The notes under the pieces were generated by a model, which saw only the letters and a list, made by a program, of their open reading frames with translations, was not told where the DNA came from and searched no databases. A stretch of DNA of 64,000 bases from Octopus vulgaris (Eukaryota): positions 3,782,001 to 3,846,000 of the forward strand of contig OX597840.1 of NCBI GenBank assembly GCA_951406725.2, in the 5' to 3' direction. A program made the translations under genes and the position numbers. This document shows positions 32,716 to 47,313 of this stretch, piece after piece. Positions within the stretch are counted from its first letter, which is position 1; each line of letters opens with the position of its first letter.

Positions 32716-33237
32716 ATGTAGACATGTATGCAGGCATGTGTTCATATATATGCGTGTATGCATCTATGTGTGTGCATGTATCTATGTATGTATGTACGAA
32801 TCTATGGAGAAGGATGTGTACATATATATTTATATGTATGTATACATGTATATATATATGAAGTACGCATGTATGCATGTATGTATGCATGTATGTATGT
32901 ACATTATAACCTATGGAGAAGGGTGTGTATATATATATTTATATGTATGTATACATGTATATATGTATGTATAAATGTATGTATGTATGCATGTGTGTAT
33001 GTATGTATGTATGTATGTATGTATATATTCATGTATGCATTGATGTATGCATGTATGTATGTATGTGTATGTATGTATTCATGTATGCATTGATGTATGC
33101 ATGTATGTATGTATGTATGCATTTATGTATGCATGTATGTTTGTGTATGTATGTATGAATGTATACATGTATGCATTTATGTTTGTATGTATGTATGATG
33201 TACATCTGTGTACGACCGTTATAGTGACAATGCGATG

Positions 33238-33283
33238 AGAAAAGAAAGAAAGGAAGAAAGAAAGGAAGGAAGAAAGGAAGGAA

Positions 33284-33317
<34 letters not shown>

Positions 33318-33506
33318 AGGAAAGAAAGAAAGAAAGAATGAAAGAAAGAACGAAAGAAAGAAAGAAAGGAAGAAAGAAAGAAAGAAAGAACGAAAGAAAG
33401 AAAGAAAGAAAGAAAAGAAGAAAGAAAGAAAGAAAGAAAGAAAGGAACGAAAGAAAGAAAGGAAGGAAGGAAGGAAGAAAGAAAGAAAGAACGAAAGAAA
33501 GAACGA

Positions 33507-33582
<76 letters not shown>

Positions 33583-33586
33583 ACGA

Positions 33587-33658
<72 letters not shown>
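33238..33658. repeat. (GAAA)n polypurine array
   Basis: Direct observation. Confidence 0.97.
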
Positions 33659-34256
33659 GTAATGTCCCTAACCAACATGGCGTCTTCATCTCCCATTATG
33701 GTGGATTACGAGGACAGTAATGCTATCAAATTTGCAAAAGTTTGTCACGCGGCTTATATCGGTTTGCAAGGTCCCGAGGATTTTGTCTAGGGATAGTAAT
33801 TAATTTGAAGGGCATATATGGCAGATATAGTATTGTGAGTCCCTAGGGTGTTGGGGTTGGGCTGTGGGGCGGAATATCGATGGTCTTTCGCTATGTGATC
33901 TTGAGCGAAGTAGATTTCCTGTAAAGAAACGTTTTAACCCCAGTCCAACTCTTATCTATTCAATTTCCCACCGCGCCCCCTTTCGGTCAGAAGAAGAAGC
34001 TAAATATAAGACATTTCCAGTTATGGAATTTATGAAAGAAAACTACATACATACATAAATATATACATACATACATACATACATACATACACGCATACAT
34101 GCATTCATATATATATGTGTATATATATATGTATATATATAAGTGTATGTATATATATATATATATATATACATACACATATATATATATGTATATATAT
34201 ATACATATATATATATACATATATATATGTGTGTGTATATATATATATACACATAC

Positions 34257-34309
<53 letters not shown>

Positions 34310-34617
34310 CATATACATACATACATATATATATATACATATATATACATACATACATATATATATATACATATATATGCATACATACATATATATATAT
34401 ACATATATATACATACATATATATATATATACATATATATGCATACATACATATATATATATATGCATATATATACATACATACATATATATATATATAT
34501 ACATATATATGCATACATACATATATATATATACATATATATACATACATACATATATATATATATATACATATTCATATATATATATATATATGTATTT
34601 ATACATGTGTATATATA

Positions 34618-35131
34618 GGCACAGGCGTGGCTGTGTGGTAAGAAGCTGAGAAGATGGCTTCTAAACAACTTGGTTCCGGGTTCAGTTCCATTGCGTGGCA
34701 CTTTGGAAGAGTAACTTCTATTATAGCATGAAGACCAACCAAAGCCTTGTGAGTGGATTTGGTAGACGGAAACTGAAAGAAGCCCATCGTATATGCATGT
34801 ATATATATATATATTTATATATATGTGTGTGTGTATGTATGTATGTATGTATGTATGCATGTATATATATATATATTTATATATGTATGTGTGTATGTAT
34901 CTATGTATGTATGTATGTATGTATGTATGTATGTATGTCTGTATGTGTTAGTGTGTCTGTGTTTCACAACTGTTCTTGGTGTGTTCACGTCTCCGTAACT
35001 TAGCGATTCGGCAAAAGTTACTGATTGAATAAGTACTCGGCTGACAAAGAATACGTCCTGAGACACTTCAAGGCGGTGTCCCAGCATGGCCGCAGACAAA
35101 AATGACCGAAACAGGTAAAAGAATAAAAGAA
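34618..35131 (+). mobile_element. Family B SINE with expanded internal microsatellite
   Basis: Head tggctgtgtggtaag, middle gtgagtggatttggtagacggaaactgaaagaagccc, tail gaccgaaacaggtaaaaga. Confidence 0.88.
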
Positions 35132-35206
35132 TATGTATATGTGTATATATGTGTGTGTGTGTGTATGTATGTATATGCATGTATGTATGTATGTGGTATA
35201 TATCCC

Positions 35207-35419
35207 TTTACTCTTTTACTTGTTTCAGTCATTTGACTGCGGCCATGCTGGAGCACCGCCTTTAGTCGAGCAAATCGACCCCAAGGACTTATTCTTTGTA
35301 AGCCTTGTACTTATTCTATCGGACTCTTTTGCCAAACCGCTAAGTCACGGGGACGTAAACACACCAGCATCGGTATCAAGCGATGTTAGGGAGACAAACA
35401 CAGACACACAAACATACAC

Positions 35420-35514
<95 letters not shown>

Positions 35515-35674
35515 CGACGGGCTTCTTTCAGTTTCTGTCTACCAGATCCACTCACAAGGCTTTGGTCGGCCCGAGGCTATAGTAGAAGACACTTGCCCAA
35601 GGTGCCACATAGTAGGACTGAACCCGGAACCATGTAGTTGGAAAGCAAGCTACTTTTACCACGCTGCCACCCCT
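35207..35674 (-). mobile_element. Family B SINE
   Basis: Full-length reverse-complement copy. Confidence 0.9.
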
Positions 35675-35971
35675 ACACCTATATTAGTATAGTAGTTAAT
35701 GTCACAGAATGGATCCTGCCGTTGGTCCCGAGTCCACCGTTGTTTGAAGATCCTCCTCGTTCGTACAAAGCAGGGGTAGGACGTACAGTGCCCCTTTTTC
35801 CGAATGACTACAGCAAAATTCATTTATGTAGTAAACAGGTGTCGAAGTAATCCACTTTACACCCTCCCCTCAAATCTCTTGCTTCGTGCTATTACTAATA
35901 CAACCACCATCATTGCTACTATCACAATCACTACCACCACTACTTCTGCTGCTGCTGCTACTACTGCTGCT

Positions 35972-36341
35972 GTTGAGCGAACGGTCTTCGTCCCAGAGCT
36001 CGCAAGATGGGAGAAGTCCGAAACGTGGTCCTTTGCTATTCGTAAGACCCGCAGAAGAGAAAGGCAGGTCAACCCCCGACACCAAGAGCAACGACGGATG
36101 GATGAATGCGCATCCAGGCTCAGCGGTTTCGTAGAAAGTCGGGGACAAGAAACAGGAAGAAAGAGTTAGAGAAAATTGGAGCGAAAGAGTATAACAGGGG
36201 TTGCCACCACCCCCTGCCGGAGCTTCATGGAGCTTTAGGTGTTTTCGCTCAATAAACTCACACAACGCCTGGTCTGGGAATCGAAACTGCGATCCTCCGG
36301 CCGCGAGTCCGCTGCCCTAACCATTGAGCCATTGCGTCTCC
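35972..36341 (-). mobile_element. Family D SINE, tail variant 2
   Basis: Head and body match 5045-5241; the 3' part is unrelated to the 4863-5045 tail; inserted in (CTG)n. Confidence 0.88.
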
Positions 36342-36401
36342 TGCTGCTGCTGCTGCTGCTGCTGTTGCTACTACTACTACTACTACTACTAGCACTATTG
36401 A

Positions 36402-36442
<41 letters not shown>

Positions 36443-36492
36443 ACGGTGTTGCTCTTACGACTTCTATTACCCTTTCTACTATTAATGTTATA

Positions 36493-36526
<34 letters not shown>

Positions 36527-36760
36527 TTACTGCTGCTGCTGTTGCTGTTATTACTATCATTGTTAGTGTTGCCGACGTTATTGTTGTTGTTGTTGTCGTT
36601 CTTGTCATCGTTTCTTTTAATATGACTTCCATACGGTCGTTATTTCATTGAGACTAATTACACTTTTATAGACATTGTCTGATCCTAATTAAAAATGTCG
36701 ATGATAATTAAACAGCCTCCAATGTGAAACGGCCTGCAAACGAATACATGAATATATGCG

Positions 36761-36818
<58 letters not shown>

Positions 36819-36912
36819 GACATGTATACATATGTGTGTGCATGTATATGTCTCTATATATATGTATATATACAGATTCCTACAAACATGTATGTGTGTG
36901 TATGTATAAGTG

Positions 36913-36944
<32 letters not shown>

Positions 36945-37022
36945 TGCGTAAGTGTGCATATATGTATGTGTGTGTGTGTTTGAATGTGTATATATATTTT
37001 TGTACACATGTGCATATCTCTT

Positions 37023-37091
<69 letters not shown>

Positions 37092-37093
37092 AT

Positions 37094-37127
<34 letters not shown>

Positions 37128-37412
37128 TGTATGTATGTATGTATGTATGTATGCATGTATGTATGTATGTATGTATTCCAGCACACACATACAAGTGTCT
37201 ATATATATGTTTTCATCTAAAATGGAGACGAACATCATTCTCTTCCATGTGATCAACCAGAAATTTTGTTAAGGTATTACGATATATTTTGGGACATGAA
37301 ACCATTGGTAGCCTCAATCCACAAATAAAGAAATTTCAACCAATGCGGTGTTGTGCACTCATTCTCGTCGTTCGGCATTAACGTATTTATATAAATATAT
37401 ATATATATATAT

Positions 37413-37620
37413 ATGACCACGTGTGTATCGTTGGCGATTTTCTTTCTTCGTTTTCCTTTCCTTGGACTTTTTCTCTTCTTTTCTATGTTTCTGACGAAGC
37501 GCTCCGCTCGAAACGTTAAATCCCCCTTCTTTCTTTCCTTTCCTGGGCGTCCAATAACACTATTCTTGTTCCACGTCCTCGCGTTGTTGTGTTTTCTCTT
37601 TGTTCGTGTTTGAATTGACT
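37413..37620 (+). mobile_element. Hammerhead-bearing ~200-bp non-coding element, subfamily H1, flanked by (TA)n
   Basis: Homologous along its length to 45578-45770; TA runs on both sides. Confidence 0.8.
37487..37521 (+). ncRNA. Minimal type I hammerhead ribozyme motif
   Basis: gttt-CTGACGA-a-gcgc-tcc-gctc-GAAAC-GTT-aaat: intact core, one mismatch in stem II, palindromic ACGU helix III. Confidence 0.65.
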
Positions 37621-37674
37621 ATATATATATGTATATATATATATATATATGTGTGTGTGTATGTGTGTGTGTGT

Positions 37675-37885
37675 ACTCTTTTACTCTTTTACTTGTTTCA
37701 GTCATTTGACTGTGGCCATGCTGGAGCACCGCCATTAGTCGAGGAAATCGACCCCAGGACTTATTCTTTGTAAGCCTAGTACTTATTCTATCGGTTTCTT
37801 TTGCCGAACCGCTAAGTGACGGGGACGTAAACACACCAGCATCGGTTGTCAAGCGATGTTTGGGACACACACACACACATAAACA
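37675..37885 (-). mobile_element. Family B SINE 3' half
   Basis: cttttacttgtttcagtcatttgactgtggccatgctggagcacc... Confidence 0.88.
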
Positions 37886-37970
37886 CACAGACACACACAC
37901 ATATATATATATGTATATACACTCATATATATATGTGAATATATATGCGTATATATATATATATATATAT

Positions 37971-38245
37971 AGAGAAATTCAGGGTGAGTACTTGATAATT
38001 GTAAGCACCTGTATATACCGTTTGGTGGTGTAGGTGGTGGAGTAAATTAATCAAAATAAAAACATGATGCCAAGGATTCAGTGGTACATATGTTTCGGGC
38101 CTTTATTAGACGGATTTCAGCACACTACTACCTCAAGGACATGTATTACATCAAAAATTCTACGTTGGGGATGCAAATCCTCTCATTCGCGTACGACATA
38201 ATGCGGCAACAGCACAAAAATGAAGCGTCCATCTCGTCCTTCTCT

Positions 38246-38248
<3 letters not shown>
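37971..38248 (-). mobile_element. Probable Penelope-like pLTR fragment between (TA)n runs
   Basis: Minus strand ctgaaatcc-gtct-aataa-aggc-cc-GAAAC-ATAT-GTA-ccac: palindromic helix III with a decayed core. Confidence 0.45.
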
Positions 38249-38284
<36 letters not shown>

Positions 38285-38287
<3 letters not shown>

Positions 38288-38432
38288 GAGAAGCTTCCAT
38301 ACAGTTTCTTTCAACCAAAATTTATTCAGTATTCTTTTGTCGACCCGAGGCTTTTGTAGAAAACCAAGATGCCGGGCAGTGGGATTGAACCGAAAACATC
38401 GTGATTGCAAAGCAAGCGTATTAATGACAGCG
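38285..38432 (-). mobile_element. Family B SINE 5' half, diverged
   Basis: gtcgacccgaggcttttgtagaa...gcagtgggattgaacc. Confidence 0.65.
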
Positions 38433-38829
38433 AGTTGGCGCCCATTTTTTACATATTTATTTATATTATTTTAATTATTTGCTCTCTTTTCCATTGCATT
38501 GCTCTACAAGGTAAAGAATCTTGTCTTTGATTCCATTTCCTTGGTTTCTCGGCAGTTGCTAAGTTATTTCTTATTTCCCGCTTTGTTTCATCTTCGTTGG
38601 GTCTCTCGCTGTTGTTGTTTCTTTTATTGTTGTTGGTGGTAGTGGTGGTGTTTTTGTTGTGTTTTGTTCGTTTTTTATTTGTTTTGTTTCTTTTATCCCC
38701 CCCGTTTTTCATTTTTTTTTTTTGTCTTTTTCCGTTTCCGTGGATGAAAATAAAATATTCTGATTTCAGCTTTGGATGTTTTGATGTTCTTGTTTCTGTT
38801 ATTGTGTTGGTTCTGTTGATGTGATTAGT

Positions 38830-39785
<956 letters not shown>

Positions 39786-40477
39786 TCTTAGTTCTTATTT
39801 TTGCTGTTCCTTTTGTTTGTTTGTTTGTTTGGGTTTTTTTTCTTTTTCTTTTTTTCTGAACTTCTTTTATCATTCTTTGAGATATCGAAGGTTTCAAAAA
39901 CTTAAATGAATAAATAAATCAATCAAATAAATAAATAAATAAATAAAATACATAACTGAAACACCAAAAATTCTTTAAAAAATATCACACACAACCCCAC
40001 CACCTTACCCCACCCCCAAAAAAAATAGCGCAACGAAGCAATTATGTTAAAGACAAATATGGGTTACTTGTTGATATCATTTACAACAAGTTAGTTTTCT
40101 TATCAACTTAGGGTTTGAACTTGCTTTTTTAGTTTCTTTGTTTCTTTTTCACTACTAATGTCGTTTTTCTTTTGCTACATTTTCTAAAATAATCTCTATT
40201 CGAGAATTTCCCTTCCGGTTTTGTGTGTGAATATGCGCGTGTATCGTTTTTCCTTAATTTATTCTCTTTTATTTTTCGGTGTTCGTTTTATATTATCTTT
40301 ATTCTACAACATTTTATTCTGTTTTATTGCCGTTTCAATGATATTCAGTTATATTTCTTCCATTATTCGATATTCTGTCATCATGCTATATTCACTGCCG
40401 ATATTAAGATACTGCTTCTTTTCAATCGGCGAAACAAAAAAATTAAGTAAATAAATATATACAGTAAAAGGGCAAAG

Positions 40478-40878
40478 ATTCTTTTCCACTTTAGATACGA
40501 GGTCCGAAATTTTGTGGGAGGGGGCCAGTCGATTAGATCGACCCTAGTATACAACTGGTATTTAATTTATCGACTCCGAAAGGATGAAAAGCAGAGTCGA
40601 CCTCGGTGGAATTTGAACACAGAACGTAAAGAGATACGAAATACCTATTTCTTTAACTACTCACAAGGGGCTAAACACAGAGGGGACAATCAAGGACAGA
40701 CAAAAGGATTAAGTCAATTACATCGACCCCAGTGCGTAACTGGTACTTAATTTATCGACCCCAAAAGGATGAAAGGCAAAGTCGACCTCGGCAGGATTTG
40801 AACTTAGAACGTAACTGCAGACGAAATACCGCTAAGCAATTCGCCCGGCGCGCTAACCTTTCTGCCAGCTCGCCGCCT
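40478..40878 (-). mobile_element. Family A SINE dimer (head + unit/tail1 + unit/tail2)
   Basis: Two Nin-like domains; junction cgaaatac|ctatttc at 40644/5. Confidence 0.9.
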
Positions 40879-40880
40879 TT

Positions 40881-41225
40881 GAAAGCACACAGATTAATGA
40901 TTAGGGCGTTGCATTCATGATTTTGCGATCATGGTTTCAATTCCCATCCCAGTAGTGCATTCTGTTCTTAGGCAAAACACTTCATGTTGATCCAATGCAC
41001 CAAACTATAAATGGATAACCCTACGATGGATTGACGCTCTCTTCGGGGTGAATGTTGGAAGTACAACGCGCCTCCGCATAGTTCACGTCTGCGAGGTTTA
41101 CTCGCAAAGCATTGATTCACCCAGAGTGTCATTAGAAGACACTTGCCCAAGGTTCCGCGTAATGAGAATGAACTCGATAACACGCATGCTTGCTGAGCAA
41201 GCTTCATAACCACGCAGACATGTCT
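40881..41225. mobile_element. Degenerate SINE heads (family C-like on +, family B on -)
   Basis: ggtttcaattccc...ttcttaggcaaaacacttcat, and agaagacacttgcccaagg. Confidence 0.55.
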
Positions 41226-42275
41226 TGCATTGGTGTTTTATTTTAACTAGTTCTATTTTGAAAAGCGGTGCACTGCATAGCGGAGCGATGAAAATTCTTA
41301 TTTATTTAATTATTTATTTTGTCGTTATCTTATTTTTTTTCTTTGATTGGTTTTACTATTTGATCCAGTTCTATTAAATTTTCTAGATTTCTAAAATCAT
41401 TATCATAAAGCAAAGAACCAACCTCAACAAAACTTAGCGTAAACTGTGTTGATAAAATAGCGAGTAATTTCGCGGCGACACAAATATGGCGTCTTTAGGA
41501 TTCTTCGTTTCATCATTTGCGGTATTTTTGTTCTGGTTACTTTTATTTGTTTGTTTCATGTGTGTGCATGGTTGGCTTGTTTGTTTGTTTCTTGGTTGTT
41601 AATGTTTTGTTTGGTTTGTTTGTTTGTTTATATTTTTTGCTCATATAATGATGATTTCAATATTTAAATTTATTTTTAATATGGCGGTCACAAATTATAT
41701 TGGCATGAGTTTTGGGAAGGTGGGGGAAAGAACGCGGTAAAGTTACTGTACTGTTGCTTTTCTGTGTTGGTATGTGTGTGAAAAAGTGTTTGCGCATGCG
41801 TGCATGTATCTGTGTGCGTGTATGTATGATATGGTTTCCTATTGGTTGATGAATAGCTAGACGCAGACATACATATACAAAAATACGCAAGCATATACAT
41901 AAATAGATACGCATGTGCTTAATATATGCATACACACGCGCGGACATACGCACAAACATATACATTCATATGTATCCAAGTATAAATAAGTATGCATGTG
42001 GTTATATATGTATGTGTTATATAAATATAAATATATTTATATAAATATTTGTATATATGCGCGTATGTGTGCAAATATCTGTGTGTATGCATGTGTGTAT
42101 GTATGCAAACACGCATGTATGTACATATGTATGACCGTATGTATTTATGTGTATATGCTTTGATAGTTGCGAGTGAGGGCGCTAGATAGAGAGACAGACA
42201 GACACACAGCCAGACACACAGACAGACATACACACAGACATACAGACAGACAGATAGATAGACAGTTAGATAGAT

Positions 42276-42363
<88 letters not shown>

Positions 42364-42376
42364 GGATGGATGGATG

Positions 42377-42458
<82 letters not shown>

Positions 42459-43070
42459 GAGTTAGATAGATGGATGGATGGATTGATGGATAGATAGATT
42501 GATAGGTAGATAGAGAGAGAGAGAGACAGACAGAGAGGCAGAGACAGACACGTACATACATACATAGATACATACATACATACATACATACATACATACA
42601 TAGCTAGATAAACAGACAGGCAAATACATAGATAAACAGATAGACAAACAGACAGACAAACAGATAGACAAATAGATAGCGAAACAGCTACACAGATATT
42701 TCAAAAGTGATTCAAGAAGAAAACTATTCATACATTTTATACAAACTTAATTCTAACATCGACGTACAGAGGGCGCCAATGTATAGATTAAATTTGCAGT
42801 GAATATTACTATACATTGTGTGTTGTATATTCAACATGAGGCGACTCACAAGAAAATATTTCAAGTTTTATTTGGCTTGTATGTATGTTATTTTTTAGCT
42901 GTTTGTTTATTATTTTGTTTTGTGTATTTTTTTTTACAGTGTCGTTTCTATAAAATCACGATTTTTTGTTTGTTTTCTGGGTTTTTTTTTGTTTTTTTTT
43001 TTTTACCAAACAAATTATCATAGTTGTTTTTAGTTTTTTGTCTTATTTGTTACGTCTTGTTTTGTTTTGT

Positions 43071-43101
<31 letters not shown>

Positions 43102-43158
43102 GCCAGGCGCCATGCCGTGTGTTTTGTTCAGTTCACCGGAGATAAATAAATGGAAATG

Positions 43159-43235
<77 letters not shown>

Positions 43236-43266
43236 TATCATTGAGTGAAAGATAGGTAGATCTACA

Positions 43267-43312
<46 letters not shown>

Positions 43313-43446
43313 CATATATGTATATACATATATGTATATATATATATGTATGTATGTATATATACAAATACTATACGCATACATTTATACATATACACGC
43401 TCATATATATACAAATTTATATATACATATATACATATACATATAG

Positions 43447-43484
<38 letters not shown>

Positions 43485-43712
43485 ACACATATATATATAT
43501 ATACATATTCGTATATGTCTATACATGATATACATACGCATGTGTGTAGTCAAATGTATTTATATATTAATATATATATATATATGTATATGCATATATG
43601 TTTGTATATAAGTATTTCTCAATACATACATGCATATGTATATATGCATATATATATATGTGTATTATATATATATATATATTATATATATTACATGTTT
43701 CAGTGTACAGAC

Positions 43713-43770
<58 letters not shown>

Positions 43771-43811
43771 AAGTTCATATATAAAGTTTATATATGTATA
43801 TATATATATCC

Positions 43812-43990
43812 ACGTTTATAGCCTTTCATACTAACACATGTTGATTCTCATTAAATCCCTTCCATAGCTGTAGTGAAACCTGGCAGGTAAAATACAGAAG
43901 TGTTTGATGCTGTAGAAGATTTTTTTTTCTTTGAATGTCAGGCAGAGGATGAAAAATATATTTTCATGAGACTATCGCCACCTGTCTCAA
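43812..43990 (+). repeat. Unclassified dispersed repeat, copy 1
   Basis: Aligns with 47955-48136 (shared gaaacctggcaggtaaa, aagtgtttgatgctgtagaaga, gccacctgtctcaa). Confidence 0.85.
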
Positions 43991-44296
43991 CCATGCAAAC
44001 ACATCCTCACATCTGCACATCTCCGCTTCACCCTCATTTAACCGACGGTGAGAAACCATAACTGATCGAACAGCCTACTAATACTAGAAATAGCAGTCAA
44101 ATCACTCTAAGATCACATACTAATGTCTTTTCTTCAGGTTTTTTTTAATGAAATATAATATCGTAAATACTTTAGTTTTATATTCAGTATTTGTAAATAA
44201 AAGTTAGGAATTGGCACGGTTAGAGCGCTTTACATCATAGATTTGATTGCTTAGGACTTATATCAGGCTAAACAGCTGTTGCAAAAACATCAAAAG

Positions 44297-44361
<65 letters not shown>

Positions 44362-45114
44362 ACTTCTGCTGCTACTGCTGCTGCTACTGCTGCTGCTGCT
44401 GCTGCAGCTACTACTACTACTATCTCTATTGCTACTACTAATATTAATACAGCTACTACTAAAACTACAACTCTCACTATAGATATATAGATAAAACCAC
44501 CACTGCAACTAGTACTACAACCACCACCACTACCTCTATTACCAACACATCCCTCATCACTACCACTAACACTACCTCCACCACTAACACCAATATTACC
44601 GCATCACTAACATAAACACTACAACCAACACTATTACCACCATGGTTAATACTATTTCTCCTGCTATATTTACCACTACAAATTATACTTACATCTTCGT
44701 AGGTGCTGCTACTACATTCACAGACATCGGGGCCCGCATTCAGAGTTCAGCCACTCAACTAACTGATATTCAAACACTAATGGACATGCTCCAGCTTTTA
44801 GCCTGCTAGTGACCTGTCTCCTCTGTCCGTTATTTTTTCATTGTTACTATAACAGCCGCTGTTCCTTGAAGATACTCGGTCTCATATGAGGTGGTAGTGA
44901 AATGTTCTTGTCATTGGGTAAAAGAAAATACAAGAGAATACACTTAAAGCTACGAAATATTCACCTCTTTGTGTGTGTATATATAGAAGGAAAAAAATAG
45001 GAGTTAAAAATCTTGGAAGATATGAAGCATACATTCAGTATAAAAGAATAAGATGAAATTTCCAAGTAGATTCCAGTAAATGTATGTAGAGTCTAATCCC
45101 CCTGTAAATCCCCA

Positions 45115-45491
45115 GGCATAGGAGTGGCTGTGTGGTAATTAGCTTGCTTAGCAACCACATGGTTCTGGGTTCAGCCCCACTGTGCGGCACCTTGGGCAAG
45201 TGTCTTCTACTATAGTCTCGTGAGTGGATTTGGTAGATGGATACTGAAAGAAGTCCGCTGTATATATGTATGTATATATGTATGTGTGTATACGTTTGTG
45301 TGTCTGTGTTTGTCCCCCCACCAACGTCGCTTGACAACCGATGCTGGTGTGTTTACGTCCCCGTAACTTAGCGGTTCGGCAAAAGTTCGAATAAGTACTA
45401 GGCTTACAAAGAATAAGTCCTGGGGTCGATTTTCTCGACTAAAGGCGGTGCTCCACAGTCAAATGACAGAAACAAGTAAAAGAGTAAAACA

Positions 45492-45492
<1 letters not shown>
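45115..45492 (+). mobile_element. Family B SINE
   Basis: Full head, body and tail with small deletions. Confidence 0.9.
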
Positions 45493-45553
<61 letters not shown>

Positions 45554-45577
45554 TATAAAATGTTTTATATGTGATAT

Positions 45578-45770
45578 GTGACCGTGTGTATCGTTGGCGA
45601 TTTTCTTTCTCCGTTTTCCCTTCTTTGGACTTTTTCTATATTTCTGATGAAGAGCTCAGCTCGAAATGTTAAATCTCTTTCTTTTCTTTCCTTTCCCAAG
45701 CTTCCAATAACACTATACTTATTCCACGTCTGCGCGTTCTTTTTTCTTGCTTATTCATGTTTGGATTGAG
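45578..45770 (+). mobile_element. Hammerhead-bearing element, subfamily H1, copy 2
   Basis: Homologous to 37413-37620; lies between TA runs. Confidence 0.8.
45640..45674 (+). ncRNA. Minimal type I hammerhead ribozyme motif
   Basis: attt-CTGATGA-a-gagc-tca-gctc-GAAA-tg-TT-aaat: perfect stems I and II; C>T change in helix III. Confidence 0.65.
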
Positions 45771-45802
45771 TATATACATATATATATATATGTATATATA
45801 TG

Positions 45803-45843
<41 letters not shown>

Positions 45844-45943
45844 ACAACGTTATCAAAATTAATAATAATGTCTTCGGAAATATATGTCAATACAACATTA
45901 TGAAGGTAATCCAAATTGGTGAAATTCCAACTGAACCGATACA

Positions 45944-46149
45944 TACGTGTGAGTGCTGAAGAGGCCCTGGTCTGGGTAAAAGAATATACACGAGGATCAG
46001 TTTGTTATAATCTTATTCAACATATTCCCTGCTCAGATTCACACACGTGTTGCTCTGGTCCTTCAAATTTTTAGGCCCTGTAAGAGAACTCGGAAGGTTG
46101 GGCCTTTCTCGATACCCTTAAAGCCAGGAATTTTTCTGCACCCCTCGTA
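45944..46149 (-). mobile_element. Mariner-derived MITE/deletion derivative
   Basis: Imperfect TIRs tacgtgtgagtgctgaagaggccctgg / ccaggaatttttctgcacccctcgta; minus strand QGLKNLKDQSNTCVNLSREYVE* resembles the mariner C-terminus. Confidence 0.75.
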
Positions 46150-46334
46150 ACTCCACCGTTCAGATGCTTTAACCAACTCATCAGGTTATCCTTGGTGCAT
46201 CCTACTCATCTCCATGGATACTGCACTAACTATTATCTCCAGTCCTTCTTCCCTGGAATATTATCCCGCTGGAATCTTCTCTTTGTTTATGCTTTCTTAC
46301 ACTAACGGTAAGCACTGCTCCTTTCTCCAAACTC

Positions 46335-46760
46335 AGCATGTGTGGTTGTGTGGTAAGAAGCTTGCTTCCCAACCACATGGTTCCAGGTTCGGTCCCACTG
46401 CGTAGCACTTTGAGCAAGTGTCTTCTACAATAGCCTCGACCGACCAAAGCCTTGTGAGAGTATTTAGTAGACGGAAACGGAAACTGAGAGAAGCCCTTCA
46501 TATATAAATATGGCACCTTGGGCAAGTGTCTTCTACTATAGCCTCGAACCAACTAAGGCCGTGTGAATGGATTTGGTGGAAGGAAACTGAAACAAACCTG
46601 CCGTATGTGTGTGTGTGTATACATTTATGTGTGTGTATCGGGGTTCGTCTCCCCATCATTGCTTGACAACCGATGGTGGAGTGTTTAGCACTCCATAACT
46701 TAGCGGTTTGGCAATAGAGATCGATAGAATAAGTACTAAGCTTTCAAAGAATGAATCCTG
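46335..46760 (+). mobile_element. Family B SINE variant with duplicated middle segment, copy 1 (3'-truncated)
   Basis: gcaagtgtcttctac segment occurs twice; near-identical to 47314-47720. Confidence 0.88.
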
Positions 46761-46898
46761 CTCCTTTCTCCAAAACCAACAGGTGTGGCTGTGTGGTAAG
46801 AAGCTTGCTTCTCATGATGAATTCGGAATTACCATTTGATCGTAATGAAACCATCATTTTGGCTGCTATTTCTGAAGAAGAAAAAAAGAAAAAAAAAA

Positions 46899-47312
46899 GG
46901 TGGCGAGCTGGCAGAAATGTTAGCACACCGGACGAAATGCTTTGTGGTATTTCGTCCGGCGCTGCGTTCAGAGTTCAAATTCCGCCGTGGTCGACTTTGC
47001 CTTTCATCCTTTCAGGGTCGATAAATTAAGTACCAGTTACGCACTGGGATCGATGTAATCAACTTAATCCCTTTGTCTGTCCTTGTTTGTCCCCTCTATG
47101 TTTAGCTCCTTTTGGGTAGTAAAGAAATAGGTATTTCGTCTGCTGTTACGTTCTGAGTTCACATTCCGCCGTGGTCGACTTTGCCTTTCATCCTTTCGGG
47201 GTCTATAAATTAAGTACCAGTTACGCACTGGGGTCGATGTAATCGACTTAATCCCTTTGTCTGTCCTTGTTTGTCTCCTCTATGTTTAACTCCTTTTGGG
47301 CAATACAGAAAA
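46899..47312 (+). mobile_element. Family A SINE dimer (head + unit/tail1 x2)
   Basis: 184-bp unit from 46947 repeated from 47131; junction aaagaaatag|gtatttcgtc. Confidence 0.92.
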
Positions 47313-47313
47313 A

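Noticed and set aside
44887-44908. tgaggtggtag resembling let-7
   Set aside because: Seed mismatch, the remainder is unrelated, and there is no precursor hairpin.
45956-45985. ctgaaga followed by a short stem as a hammerhead
   Set aside because: It is part of the mariner TIR and has no GAAA/helix III.
46150-46192. Minus-strand ctgatga-gttgg as a hammerhead core
   Set aside because: No GAAA-NUH half is found, even after removing the mariner insert.
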